IMG/VR virus record: IMGVR_UViG_3300032266_000692
Span: 1 to 28,313 of that record
DNA length: 28,313 bases
Reading direction: 5' to 3' (one strand)
From: a virus
Lineage: Duplodnaviria > Caudoviricetes
Shown piece after piece: positions 6,250 through 15,153 of the stretch. A program made the translations under genes and the position numbers. The notes below the pieces were generated by a model. The model did no database searches, was not told the DNA's origin, and was given only the letters and a program-made list of their open reading frames with translations. Numbering within the stretch: position 1 is the stretch's first letter; every line of letters starts with the position of its first letter.

Positions 6250-9083
6250 TCAACATGAGCGACACCAACACCACCAAGGCCGCGGACGGAATCGAGCTCG
6301 ACTCACGCCAGATCTCGAGCGCGTGGGTGGGCGCGGGTCTCCTCCCCGGCGAGGCCGCGGGCTCGCGCTACCAGAACAACACGGGCCGCGACTACGACCT
6401 CGTGAGCCGCGGCGTGACGGGCACCGCGTGGCGAGCCGCGAGCATCAACGCCACGGTGGTGAGCCAGCAAACGCTCCGCCTCTTCCGCGTGACGGGCACG
6501 GGCACGGGCAAGGGCCGCAAGATCCGCGACCGCAAGAAACTGAAGTGGATCACCAACGAGTACCCGACCAAGGCGCTCGTGGGCAAGGCGGCGATGTACG
6601 CCTCGCGGGCCGGCGACGAGATTGAGGAGGTGATCAGCCACCCGGTGCTCGACCTCCTCCAGAACCCCGACCCCGTGTATACCGGCCCCCTCTGGATGTG
6701 GCTGATCGCGTTCTTCAAGGAGGTAGCCGGCCGCGCCTACCTCTACGTGGGCGAGCGTGGCGATAATGGGCCGGCATCGGCCTACATCCTTCCCAGCGAG
6801 TACGCGTGGCCCATGCTTTCGGACACGGGCCTGATCACCGGGTATTTCTACGGCCGCAACCGCGCAAGCCCCATGCGAATCGCCGCCGAGGAGGTGATCT
6901 ACCTCCGCCAGCATGGAAGCCCGATTCACCCGGCCGGCGGCGTCTCATGGCTCTCCTCCGTGATTCCCGAGACCGACATGGAAGGCGCTGCGCTCCAGGC
7001 CGAGGCCGCGCGATGGATGAACGGCGGCATGCCGGGAATGGTGCTCAGGGCCTCGCCCAACACCACCGACAGCCAGATGAAGCAGATCTACAACCACCTC
7101 GCCCAGCAAACCCGCGGCGTCAACAAGGCCGGCGGCGTGCTCCTCCTGCGCGATACCGAGGTGGTTCAGTACGGGACCAAGCCCCACGAAATGCAGTACG
7201 TGGAGGGCATCACCACGACGGAGAAGCGGATCTACGACGCGGCCGGAATCCCCGAGCCCATCTACCGCCTCAACTCCGCGAACCTTGCCAGCGCGACCGT
7301 GGCGAACGCGCAATACATGCGGTACACCATCGCGCCTCGCCTCGCGGTGCTGGCGGCGGAGTTCACCGAGCTCCTCCTCCCTCACTTCGGCATCGAGCCG
7401 GGCACGATGTGGTTTTGCTTCGACAACCCCACGCAAGACGACCAGATCCAGATGGCGTCCGAGCTCCGCGCGGCGGAGATGCAGGGGCTGATCACGCCCA
7501 ACGAATACAGGAAGGTGATGGACCTCGAGGCGCTCCCCGAGGAGGCCAACGCCCTCAGGTATCGCCAGACCGAGGCGCCGGCTCCGGCCGGCCTCGGGAT
7601 CTTCGGCCCCGGCCCGATGCCCGCACCCGCCAAGGCCTCGGAGATGCCCAGCGAGGACATGGGCTCGATGGACGTGGAAGCGCCGGCGAGCGTGGACCAG
7701 GAGCCCGAGGCGCCCGCAAGCGTGGATCTCGAGCCGCCGGCGGAAGCGCCCGCGAGCGTGGACATGGAGCCCGAGGAGATGGCCAAGGGCGTGAAGGCGA
7801 GCGACAGCTACGCGCCGAACAAGGCCATGATGGCCGAAGCCGAGCGTGGTCTCGCGTGGCGGCGCGAGTACGGCCGCGGCGGGACCGAGGTGGGCGTGGC
7901 TCGAGCCCGTGACATCGCCAACGGCAAGAACCTCAGCGAGGAGACCGTGTATCGGATGGCGTCATATTTCGCCCGCCACGAGGTGGACAAGCAGGGCGAA
8001 GGCTGGAGCCCCGGCGAGAACGGCTATCCCTCGGCCGGCCGAATCGCGTGGGCTCTGTGGGGCGGCGATCCTGGCCGGAAGTGGTGCGATGGCATCATCA
8101 CCAAGCTCGAGGCAGACACCTCCAAGACCTACACCCCAGCCCAGCGCAAGGCCGCGCCGTGGAGTTCACAACATGGCACCAAATCCGCCCAAGCCTCGCA
8201 CGGAGCGCGAGGAGCTCGATCTGGATCTGGCGGAGATGGCGGCGGAGGCGCTCACCGAGATGAAGTATCCGGGCCTCACGCGAAGCATGCGGGAGCTCAT
8301 CACGTGTGCGGCGTGGCTTGTGGTGTGGCACCAACGGCGAACCACCCCAAACTGAAAACGTGGAAGGCCAAGGGCGCGGCCACGATCTGGGACGAAGATA
8401 CCGGCACGCCCGTAAACGCCGCCGGCGCCTATCGAACCTTCACCCGCAAGCTCACCGATTGGTATACGGGCGCGGTGCCCTCGATGATCAACGACGTGGG
8501 CGCGGTGCAGTCCCCGAGCAACGAGGCACTCGCGCAGCTCACCAAGATCTCCGAGGCCTTCGTGGAGGAGGTGCTCGCCGCCGGCGCCATGCAAGGGCTC
8601 GCGCGGCTCGGGCTTCCCGACTCCGAAACCTTCAACACGGGCAACGAGATCGCCATGGCCTACGTGCGGAATCGCGGCCTCGAGCTCGCCACGACGATCC
8701 CCGAAACCCTCAAGGGCCACGTGGCCGTGGCCATTGAGAAGCAGCTCGCCGCCGGCACCAGCGCGGCGGACCTGCGCGACGCGATCAAGGACGTGGCGCC
8801 CGACCTCACCGAATGGCAAGCCGTGCGCGTGGCTCGAACCGAGACCGCTACGGCCTTCTGTGAAGGCCAGCGCCAAGCGTGGGCCGAGCGCGGCGTCGAG
8901 AAAAAGCAGTGGCTCGTGGCCGGAGGCCCGTGCCCGATCTGTGACGCCATCGTGACCAAGTACCCCAACGAGATCCCCATCGGCGAAGCGTTCATGGTGG
9001 ACGGCTTCATCGGCCAATCGCCGGCAGCTCACCCCAACTGCCGGTGCGACCTCGCGCCGGGCGTGGAATACGACAATGACTAA
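6246..9083 (+). CDS. Fusion: HK97-family portal + acidic repeats + conserved phage domain + MuF/SPP1 gp7-like head morphogenesis domain
   Basis: Portal motifs LLQNPDP, GRAYLYV, NGGMPGMVL, AAGIP, ITPNEYR; C-terminal MuF motifs RVARTET, KKQW, CPIC, AHPNCRC. Confidence 0.88.
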   Translation: MINMSDTNTTKAADGIELDSRQISSAWVGAGLLPGEAAGSRYQNNTGRDYDLVSRGVTGTAWRAASINATVVSQQTLRLFRVTGTGTGKGRKIRDRKKLKWITNEYPTKALVGKAAMYASRAGDEIEEVISHPVLDLLQNPDPVYTGPLWMWLIAFFKEVAGRAYLYVGERGDNGPASAYILPSEYAWPMLSDTGLITGYFYGRNRASPMRIAAEEVIYLRQHGSPIHPAGGVSWLSSVIPETDMEGAALQAEAARWMNGGMPGMVLRASPNTTDSQMKQIYNHLAQQTRGVNKAGGVLLLRDTEVVQYGTKPHEMQYVEGITTTEKRIYDAAGIPEPIYRLNSANLASATVANAQYMRYTIAPRLAVLAAEFTELLLPHFGIEPGTMWFCFDNPTQDDQIQMASELRAAEMQGLITPNEYRKVMDLEALPEEANALRYRQTEAPAPAGLGIFGPGPMPAPAKASEMPSEDMGSMDVEAPASVDQEPEAPASVDLEPPAEAPASVDMEPEEMAKGVKASDSYAPNKAMMAEAERGLAWRREYGRGGTEVGVARARDIANGKNLSEETVYRMASYFARHEVDKQGEGWSPGENGYPSAGRIAWALWGGDPGRKWCDGIITKLEADTSKTYTPAQRKAAPWSSQHGTKSAQASHGARGARSGSGGDGGGGAHRDEVSGPHAKHAGAHHVCGVACGVAPTANHPKLKTWKAKGAATIWDEDTGTPVNAAGAYRTFTRKLTDWYTGAVPSMINDVGAVQSPSNEALAQLTKISEAFVEEVLAAGAMQGLARLGLPDSETFNTGNEIAMAYVRNRGLELATTIPETLKGHVAVAIEKQLAAGTSAADLRDAIKDVAPDLTEWQAVRVARTETATAFCEGQRQAWAERGVEKKQWLVAGGPCPICDAIVTKYPNEIPIGEAFMVDGFIGQSPAAHPNCRCDLAPGVEYDND
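7677..7775 (+). repeat. Three imperfect tandem repeats encoding EAPASVDxEP
   Basis: GARGCGCCSGCRAGCGTGGAY at 7677, 7707 and 7743. Confidence 0.85.
8173..8355 (+). CDS. Putative 60-aa gene nested in the +1 frame of the portal-MuF linker
   Basis: GGAG at 8161-8164 then ATG at 8173; MAPNPPKPRTEREELDLDLAEMAAEALTEMKYPGL...; host frame looks like off-frame filler here. Confidence 0.5.
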   Translation: MAPNPPKPRTEREELDLDLAEMAAEALTEMKYPGLTRSMRELITCAAWLVVWHQRRTTPN

Positions 9084-9774
9084 GACCCCCGAGCAGATCA
9101 TCCAGACCATCCGGCGCTCCGCCATCGGACGGAAGATGTTGACCAGCCCCGACGCCCCCATCGGCGTGACCTCGGGCTATTGGACTCCCCTCAAGAAGGC
9201 CGGCGTGAAGGCCATGGAAGGGAAGCCCCTCGAGGTGGTGTGCTATGCCAACACCGCGGCCGTGGATCTCGAGCGCGAGGTGGTTCTCCCGAGCGGTCTC
9301 AACGTGACGGACTACCTCCTCACGAACCGAAACCTGTTCGTCGATCACAACTACGACGTGTGCAGCTCGGTCGCCGTGTGCCGGGACATGGCCATGGACT
9401 CGCGCGGCTGGCGATGCCGCGGCGCCTTCCACGACGATCTGACGAACCCGTACGTGAGGGCGTGCATGGCGCTCGCCAAGGCCGGCACCCTCGCCATGAG
9501 CATCGGATTCGAGGCCCTCGACTGGGGCGCACCCACGGCCGAGGAGCGCGTGGCCTTCCCCGGCGCCGAGAGCATTGTGCGCAAGGCCCGCGTACTCGAG
9601 GTGAGCTACACCGCGATGCCCATGAACGTGACGTGCCGCCAGCTCGCCGCGAATCTCGACGCGGCCGCGCTCAACGCGGAGAAGAGCCGGAAGGCTCTCG
9701 CGGATGCCCATATCTCAGACCGTGTGATGGGCGACCTCGGCGTGAAGCCGAAGCGCGTCATCATCGTGCGCTGA
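9076..9774 (+). CDS. HK97-family prohead maturation protease
   Basis: VDLEREVV, LFVDHNY, MSIGF, LEVSYTAMPMN; lies between portal and capsid. Confidence 0.88.
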   Translation: MTKTPEQIIQTIRRSAIGRKMLTSPDAPIGVTSGYWTPLKKAGVKAMEGKPLEVVCYANTAAVDLEREVVLPSGLNVTDYLLTNRNLFVDHNYDVCSSVAVCRDMAMDSRGWRCRGAFHDDLTNPYVRACMALAKAGTLAMSIGFEALDWGAPTAEERVAFPGAESIVRKARVLEVSYTAMPMNVTCRQLAANLDAAALNAEKSRKALADAHISDRVMGDLGVKPKRVIIVR

Positions 9775-9780
9775 GCTCTG

Positions 9781-9789
9781 TGGTATACT
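9781..9789 (+). promoter_or_regulatory. Extended -10 promoter element (TGnTATACT) upstream of the capsid leader
   Basis: TGGTATACT directly after the protease stop in a GC-rich context. Confidence 0.55.
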
Positions 9790-9973
9790 GAGGGCGCATC
9801 CCCCTCACCTCGTGCGACGATGGCCCCCAGCCCCGCACGAGATTACAAGTGAATACGCCCGCGACCGCAGCGAGCGAGCATGGCGAGGCCGGCACGTGCC
9901 GCACCTCCCACCTCGAGGAGCCCGGCGTGAGATTCAACCCCAGCGCGGCACATGCCGCAAGGACAATCTCCCC

Positions 9974-11320
9974 ATGCCCCTCACTCGCAAGACCCTGATC
10001 GACACGCTCCAGGCCAACGGCCTCACGGGCGACGTGACTCTCGAATCGTGCAAGGCCCACGTGGCCAAGCTCTCCAGCCATGGCGTCGATCTCCAGGACG
10101 ACGCCGGCAACGCCATCGACGTGGATGCGATCTGGACCGCGAAGAGCGTGATCCGCGTGGCCGGCGAGGCCGACGCGGCCCGCGGCACGAAGAGCCCCCA
10201 CGGCGCCATCGCCGAGGCCGGCGAGGATCGTCCGCAGCGCTTCTCCATCGGCAACAGCGCCCGCAAGGCCTACGCCGCCAAGGTCGCCCAGAAGAAGGCC
10301 GCGTTCGACGACGCCGACCACGCCGAAGTTTTCGGCGCGTGGGCTCGCTCGACCATCTTCCGCGGCGCTGACTACGCCCAGAAGAAGGCCGACCTCGACA
10401 TCGTGGGCAAGGCTCAGGTGGACTTCAACAATCAGCTCGGCGGCGCCCTCGTGCCCATCGAGTTCATTCCGAACCTGATCTGGCTCACCGAGCAGTACGG
10501 CATCGCCCGCAAGCTGGCGAACGTGGTGCCCATGAGCCGCGACGTGGCCGCCTATCCCCGAAAGACGGGCATCAACTCGATGAGCCCCATCCTCGAGACG
10601 GGCACCATCACGGCCGCGGACAACAGCTACGGCAACGTGACTCTCGTGGCGAAGAAGTACGGCACGCTTTACCAGCTGTCGCGCGAGCTCCTCGCCGACG
10701 CCGCGGTGAACATTGCCGATGACATCGCTCGCAGCATCGCGGAAGCGCAGGCCATCGCCGAGGACAACGCCTATTTCCTCGGCGACGGTACTTCGACCTA
10801 CGCCAATCAGATCGGCCTCGCCGGCGGTCTCTCGACCTCTTCGTCCTACATCGCGGCCACCGGCGCGTGGTCGGCCTTCACCAACGGAGACTTCAACAAG
10901 CTGATGGGCTCGGTTGAATACGTGAACCCCTCGCGCCTCGCCTTCGTGTGCAGCCGCCAGTTCTTCGCTCAGGTCATGATGCGCCTCGACAAGCAGACCT
11001 CGCAGTTCAAGGAGCTCAGCACGGGCAACCTCGGCGACGGCTTCGACGGCAACGCCTACTTCATGGGCTATCCGGTCTACTTCTCGCAGGTCATGCCCAC
11101 GGCGACCGGCTCGAGCGGCACGAAGAGCGTTTACTTCGGCGACTTCACCGGCGCGTCCATGCTGGGCGACCGCAAGCAGCTCGAGATCATGAGCTCGGAC
11201 CAGTATTATTTCAACACCGACTCCCTCGCCATCCGCGGCATCTCGCGCTTCTGTGTGGCCATCCACGGCGCGGGCCGCGGTGAGACCTACGGCGCGATCT
11301 GCGGCCTCAAGACCGCCTAA
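9974..11320 (+). CDS. Major capsid protein, HK97 fold
   Basis: ATG at 9974 after AAGGA; GGALVPIEF, VTLVAKKYG, LSRELLADAA, EDNAYFLGDG, MGYPV, YFGDF; N-terminal extension may act as scaffold. Confidence 0.92.
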   Translation: MPLTRKTLIDTLQANGLTGDVTLESCKAHVAKLSSHGVDLQDDAGNAIDVDAIWTAKSVIRVAGEADAARGTKSPHGAIAEAGEDRPQRFSIGNSARKAYAAKVAQKKAAFDDADHAEVFGAWARSTIFRGADYAQKKADLDIVGKAQVDFNNQLGGALVPIEFIPNLIWLTEQYGIARKLANVVPMSRDVAAYPRKTGINSMSPILETGTITAADNSYGNVTLVAKKYGTLYQLSRELLADAAVNIADDIARSIAEAQAIAEDNAYFLGDGTSTYANQIGLAGGLSTSSSYIAATGAWSAFTNGDFNKLMGSVEYVNPSRLAFVCSRQFFAQVMMRLDKQTSQFKELSTGNLGDGFDGNAYFMGYPVYFSQVMPTATGSSGTKSVYFGDFTGASMLGDRKQLEIMSSDQYYFNTDSLAIRGISRFCVAIHGAGRGETYGAICGLKTA

Positions 11321-11355
11321 GCCAGCATCAGCACCCAAACGAAAGGAACAGCTCA

Positions 11356-11826
11356 ATGAACATTCTCTTGAACGCGTACTACAAGGGCGGCACCTCGACC
11401 GGCGGCCCCCTGTCCATCTCGGCGGCCAACACCGGCACCGCCTTCGACACCTCCGTGCTCGGCGGCGTCGGTGAGGCCGTCTGTGTTGTCACCATCGGCG
11501 CCATCGCGGCCGATGCCACCGTGTTGAAGATCGCGGAATCCGATGACAACAGCACGTGGACCGACGTGAGCGGCGGCGGATTCAGCAGCACCGGCCTCCC
11601 GACCACCGCCAGCGGCGCCAACAAGCAGTGGCTCTTCCACGTCCGCACCGGCGGCGTTCGCAAGCGCTACCTTCGCGTGGCTTGCACCCCCGGCGGCACC
11701 ACCCTCTTCGGCGCTGTGTGGATCGGCCTCCACGGCTCCACCGGCGTGAACGGCACCACCGAGACCCTGCGCAGCGTCGCGCAGAACGTCGGAGACGGTA
11801 CCTATCTCGGCCGCATCGTGCTGTGA
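11356..11826 (+). CDS. Putative capsid decoration/cement protein (Bbp16-like beta-sandwich)
   Basis: AAAGGA SD; directly after capsid; KIAESDDNSTWTDV...KRYLRV pattern. Confidence 0.5.
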   Translation: MNILLNAYYKGGTSTGGPLSISAANTGTAFDTSVLGGVGEAVCVVTIGAIAADATVLKIAESDDNSTWTDVSGGGFSSTGLPTTASGANKQWLFHVRTGGVRKRYLRVACTPGGTTLFGAVWIGLHGSTGVNGTTETLRSVAQNVGDGTYLGRIVL

Positions 11827-11856
11827 TCGGCCTTGCCTTCCTCGCCTCGCTCAACG

Positions 11857-11884
11857 CCGGCCGCGAGCTAACCCCCTCGGCCGG
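11857..11884 (+). terminator. Intergenic GC-rich hairpin (weak terminator or RNA processing site)
   Basis: CCGGCCG(CG)AG pairs with CTCGGCCGG around loop CTAACCCC; followed only by ATTT. Confidence 0.35.
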
Positions 11885-11909
11885 ATTTCAACCTCAGGAG
11901 ATCTCGACC

Positions 11910-12482
11910 ATGGCCGCACCCGTAGCTTGCAACGCTCAGACCATCGCCGGCGGGCCCAACGTGACCTTCGCCAGTCAGATGTTCGGCGCCTTCGTCAACG
12001 TCCACGGCGACGCCACCGCCACGGCCGAGAGCTCGGCCACGCTGCTCTCCCCGATCAGCTACTCCAATACCAACGTGTACCCCCTGATCATCGGTCAGGG
12101 CACGCTCATTCGCTTCATCGCCCGATTCGCTCGAACCACCACGGCCGTCGGTCTCGTGAGCCCGGTTATCCGCGTGTACGGCGCGGACCAGGTTCCCAAC
12201 GCCACGACGGGCGCGTACCCCACCACGAGCACCAGCTACCCCACGGGGACGATCTTCTGGCGCCTCGACAACAGCTCATGGACGGCCACGGGCGTGACCC
12301 TCACCCTCGCGGCCGGCACCACGATCCAGAACGACGGCACCACCTACAGCTGGTCGGCGCTATCCTCGGACGCCGGGTATTCGCTCCGCGGAGCCAAAAG
12401 CGTCTTGGTGCTGGTCGAAACGGCGGGCGTGGTGAGCGCCGCCAGCGCGGTGCCGATCTACGCGCAGACCCTCAACGTCTAA
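11910..12482 (+). CDS. Putative virion protein, paralog A
   Basis: CAGGAG then ATG at 11910; Thr/Ala/Gly-rich beta-type sequence; homologous to the next gene. Confidence 0.7.
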   Translation: MAAPVACNAQTIAGGPNVTFASQMFGAFVNVHGDATATAESSATLLSPISYSNTNVYPLIIGQGTLIRFIARFARTTTAVGLVSPVIRVYGADQVPNATTGAYPTTSTSYPTGTIFWRLDNSSWTATGVTLTLAAGTTIQNDGTTYSWSALSSDAGYSLRGAKSVLVLVETAGVVSAASAVPIYAQTLNV

Positions 12483-12494
12483 GGAGCTCGGACC

Positions 12495-13022
12495 ATGGCG
12501 GCGCCTCGAGCGTGTAACGCGCAGGTGATCGCCGGCGGCCCCGGCGTGGTATTTCCCTCGCAGCTCTTCGGGCAATGGAAAACCGTGATCTCCGACGCCG
12601 AGACCGGCGCGGAAGCCGCATCGGTTCTCCTCAATCCGGCGAGCTATACCGGCATCACCCGCCCCCTTATCGTCGGCGAGGGGAGCGTGATCCGGCTCAT
12701 TCTCCAGTATTCGCTCTTCGTGCTCACGCCGGCCTCGCCGGCCATCCGCGTGTACGGGTGTGACCAGATTCCCAACGCAAGCGGCACGTACCCCACGGGT
12801 TCAATTTTCTGGCGGATCGACGCCTCGGGCTTCACGGCGTCCAGCTCGACCTTCACCGTGGATCTGACGAACGACCAGTACGATAACGCCGAGAACAAGT
12901 TTACCGTGCCCATGACCAACGCCGGAATGCCTCTACGTGGCGCGAAGAGCGTGCTGGTGCTGCTGGCCTCCTCGGGCGTCGGCGACGGCTTGGGCATGCC
13001 AATCCACGCGGAGATCTTCTAA
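12495..13022 (+). CDS. Putative virion protein, paralog B
   Basis: AAGGAG SD; shares CNAQxIAGGP, IRVYGxDQxPNA, IFWRxD and LRGAKSVLVL with 11910..12482. Confidence 0.7.
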   Translation: MAAPRACNAQVIAGGPGVVFPSQLFGQWKTVISDAETGAEAASVLLNPASYTGITRPLIVGEGSVIRLILQYSLFVLTPASPAIRVYGCDQIPNASGTYPTGSIFWRIDASGFTASSSTFTVDLTNDQYDNAENKFTVPMTNAGMPLRGAKSVLVLLASSGVGDGLGMPIHAEIF

Positions 13023-13657
13023 TGGCCAGTCTGATCACAATCGCCGAATACAAGACATGGGCTCGAATCCCGAGCTCGGACACGAGCCAGGACACGCTCC
13101 TGACCTTCCTCGCGGACGCCGTGAGTTTGGATATGCGGCGCTGGTGTGACCGCGACGAAACCAACGGATTCGAATCGGCCACGAGGACCGAGGTTTACAA
13201 CGGCACGGATGAGGAGGCCATCCAGCTACGCGAGATCCCCGTGGCAAGCATCACGAGCGTGAGTGTGCTCTACGCCGATGGATCAAGCCAACTTCTCGAC
13301 GCCAACAGCTACCGCGTGGACACGCGCACCGGCATTCTCTCGAGGATCGACGCCAGGCGCTCGCGCTACCCGGTGAGCTACTTCGGCAACGTGGACGCCA
13401 TCTTCTCGGCAGAGCCCCGATTCCCCACGGGCTTCGACAACATCTCGGTGGTCTACGTGGCCGGCTACTCGCCAATACCCGCGGATATCAAGGTGGCTGC
13501 GCTCCGGCTCATGGACATGGCGTACGCCGCCGGCGGGCGCAACCCCAACCTCGCCTCGGAGAGCATCGGCGGGTACAGCTATTCGAATCAAGACCCAAAG
13601 GCCTATACGTCGATCAAGGCCGAGATCACCCGCCTCTACGGAACCTCGAGGATCTGA
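13022..13657 (+). CDS. Head-tail connector (HK97 gp6 / phiE125 gp8-like)
   Basis: LITIAEYKTW..I, DTLL, YVAGY..IPADIKVA, SESIGGYSYS; position after head genes. Confidence 0.75.
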   Translation: MASLITIAEYKTWARIPSSDTSQDTLLTFLADAVSLDMRRWCDRDETNGFESATRTEVYNGTDEEAIQLREIPVASITSVSVLYADGSSQLLDANSYRVDTRTGILSRIDARRSRYPVSYFGNVDAIFSAEPRFPTGFDNISVVYVAGYSPIPADIKVAALRLMDMAYAAGGRNPNLASESIGGYSYSNQDPKAYTSIKAEITRLYGTSRI

Positions 13658-13660
13658 CCC

Positions 13661-14020
13661 ATGCCCGCCACGCCCTGGCATCTCCTCACCGCCACGATGG
13701 ACATCTACGCCCAGACGTGGACCACCGACTCGGACGGCGTGCCGATCCATGGCGCCACGCCGGGAAGCCCGACCTACACCGTGAGATGCTTCATTGATCC
13801 GGGCTCGGCCGGCGACTCGCTCATGTACGGGCGCGACACCGCCACTCAAATGAGCCAGGTATACATGGCTCCTCGCGACATCACCGGCGCTACGTGGACC
13901 ATAACGCAAAAGGACCGAGTGCAGATCAACGGCGTGAAGTGGCGCGTGGCCGGCAACCCGCGCAACGCCACCAACTTCGGCGTGCTCTACGTGATCACCA
14001 TCGAGAGAGACCTCGACTGA
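13661..14020 (+). CDS. Head closure/stopper protein (SPP1 gp16-like)
   Basis: Size and synteny; ITQKDRVQINGVKWRV motif. Confidence 0.65.
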   Translation: MPATPWHLLTATMDIYAQTWTTDSDGVPIHGATPGSPTYTVRCFIDPGSAGDSLMYGRDTATQMSQVYMAPRDITGATWTITQKDRVQINGVKWRVAGNPRNATNFGVLYVITIERDLD

Positions 14021-14646
14021 TGGCCAACCTCCACGCCAGCGATGTGATTATGAACGTGAACATGAGCCAGCTCCGTGCGCTCACGCTCGCGGCTTCCAAC
14101 ATCGGCGTAGGGCGCTCGTGCGATGTGCTCGTGAAGTTCATCAAGAACAGCATGAGGCGAACCAGCTGGCATAACCCCTCTCCGGCGGGCGGGCCTCCTG
14201 GCACGGTGACGGGCAACCTCCGCCAGAGCATCCAGAGCACGGAGCCAGAGAACGGTTACGCCAAGGTCTACACCAACTGGAAATACGCCGCCATCCAAGA
14301 GAACGGCGACATCATCCGTGCGCGGAACGTGAAGTACCTCACCATCCCCATGAACGTGCGCGCGGCGAAGCTCAGGGCCAACACGGCGAGCCTGCGCACC
14401 CTCAACCTTCACTTCACCAAGGGTCACCGGCCCGGTCTCGCCTTCCTCTGGGAGACGAGGGGCAAGGGCAAAAACTCGCGCTCTGAGCTCATGTTCATGT
14501 TAAAGCCCTCCGTGAGACTGCCGGCTCGGCCCTTCATGCGGCCCGCGGCGCAGAATCCCACGGTGATCGCCAACATGGGCCGCGCCTTCACCGCCGGCTT
14601 CGTGGCCACCATCCGCAAGGCCTTCCGAGCAAGGAGCACCAAGTGA
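14020..14646 (+). CDS. Neck/tail completion protein (HK97 gp10-like)
   Basis: ATG at 14020 (TGATG); TGNLRQSI, KYAAIQENG, ARPFMRPA. Confidence 0.78.
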   Translation: MANLHASDVIMNVNMSQLRALTLAASNIGVGRSCDVLVKFIKNSMRRTSWHNPSPAGGPPGTVTGNLRQSIQSTEPENGYAKVYTNWKYAAIQENGDIIRARNVKYLTIPMNVRAAKLRANTASLRTLNLHFTKGHRPGLAFLWETRGKGKNSRSELMFMLKPSVRLPARPFMRPAAQNPTVIANMGRAFTAGFVATIRKAFRARSTK

Positions 14647-15143
14647 TCGTCTCAGCCATCCATCAAGCCATTCTCACGAGGATCAAGGCCGACACCGGCG
14701 CCGGCGGGCTATACGCCGGCTCGGCGTGGAACATCATCAGCGGGGCCTATTCCATCTTCGGCACGCCCTCGGCGATAACGTACCCCTATCTCATGTTCAC
14801 GACGAGGATGGACCAAGACCACAGTCTCACCTCGGACGATTTCCGCGTGACCGCGACCTTTACGGTTTTCGATCAGATCCTGGACTACACCAGCTCCTCG
14901 GCCTTCTCGGGCCGCGTCTCGGCGGTGATGGATCGCCTCCACGGAAACGCCGTGCTTCAAGCTGGGCGCGTGCCCACGTACGGCTTCCACCGGCACCTAT
15001 TGGTTTTGCCCACCAACGGATATACTGCCTCAGCCACCCAGTGTTTCGTGACCACCCAAGAACAGGCGATGACCGACGAGCACAGCATCGCCGCCACCAT
15101 GCAGATGACCTTCCGCGTTAGCGCCCTCGCCTCCAACCCGTGA
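14643..15143 (+). CDS. Tail terminator (SPP1 gp17 / DUF3168-like)
   Basis: AIHQAILTRIKAD, YPYL, position just before the tail tube gene. Confidence 0.6.
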   Translation: MIVSAIHQAILTRIKADTGAGGLYAGSAWNIISGAYSIFGTPSAITYPYLMFTTRMDQDHSLTSDDFRVTATFTVFDQILDYTSSSAFSGRVSAVMDRLHGNAVLQAGRVPTYGFHRHLLVLPTNGYTASATQCFVTTQEQAMTDEHSIAATMQMTFRVSALASNP

Positions 15144-15153
15144 GCCCCAAACT

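Noticed and set aside
6806-7912. 368-aa + strand overlapping ORF in the portal (similar ones at 5451, 24167, 11927)
   Set aside because: Arg/Gly/Pro-rich +2-frame shadow with no SD or motifs, unlike the +1-frame cases reported.
9812-9973. Upstream in-frame extensions given by the ORF track (also 11556, 13894, 17871, 18086, 21507, 22064, 22422, 22546, 23388)
   Set aside because: Extensions overlap other genes or leaders and are Arg/Pro-rich; downstream starts have an SD or stop-start coupling.
9761-11356. 531-aa minus-strand ORF opposite the capsid gene
   Set aside because: Antisense shadow expected from GC-rich codon usage; no motifs; mirrors the sense gene boundaries.
11910-13022. Paralog pair as a diversity-generating retroelement TR/VR
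   Set aside because: Divergence is general rather than adenine-specific, and there is no reverse transcriptase.
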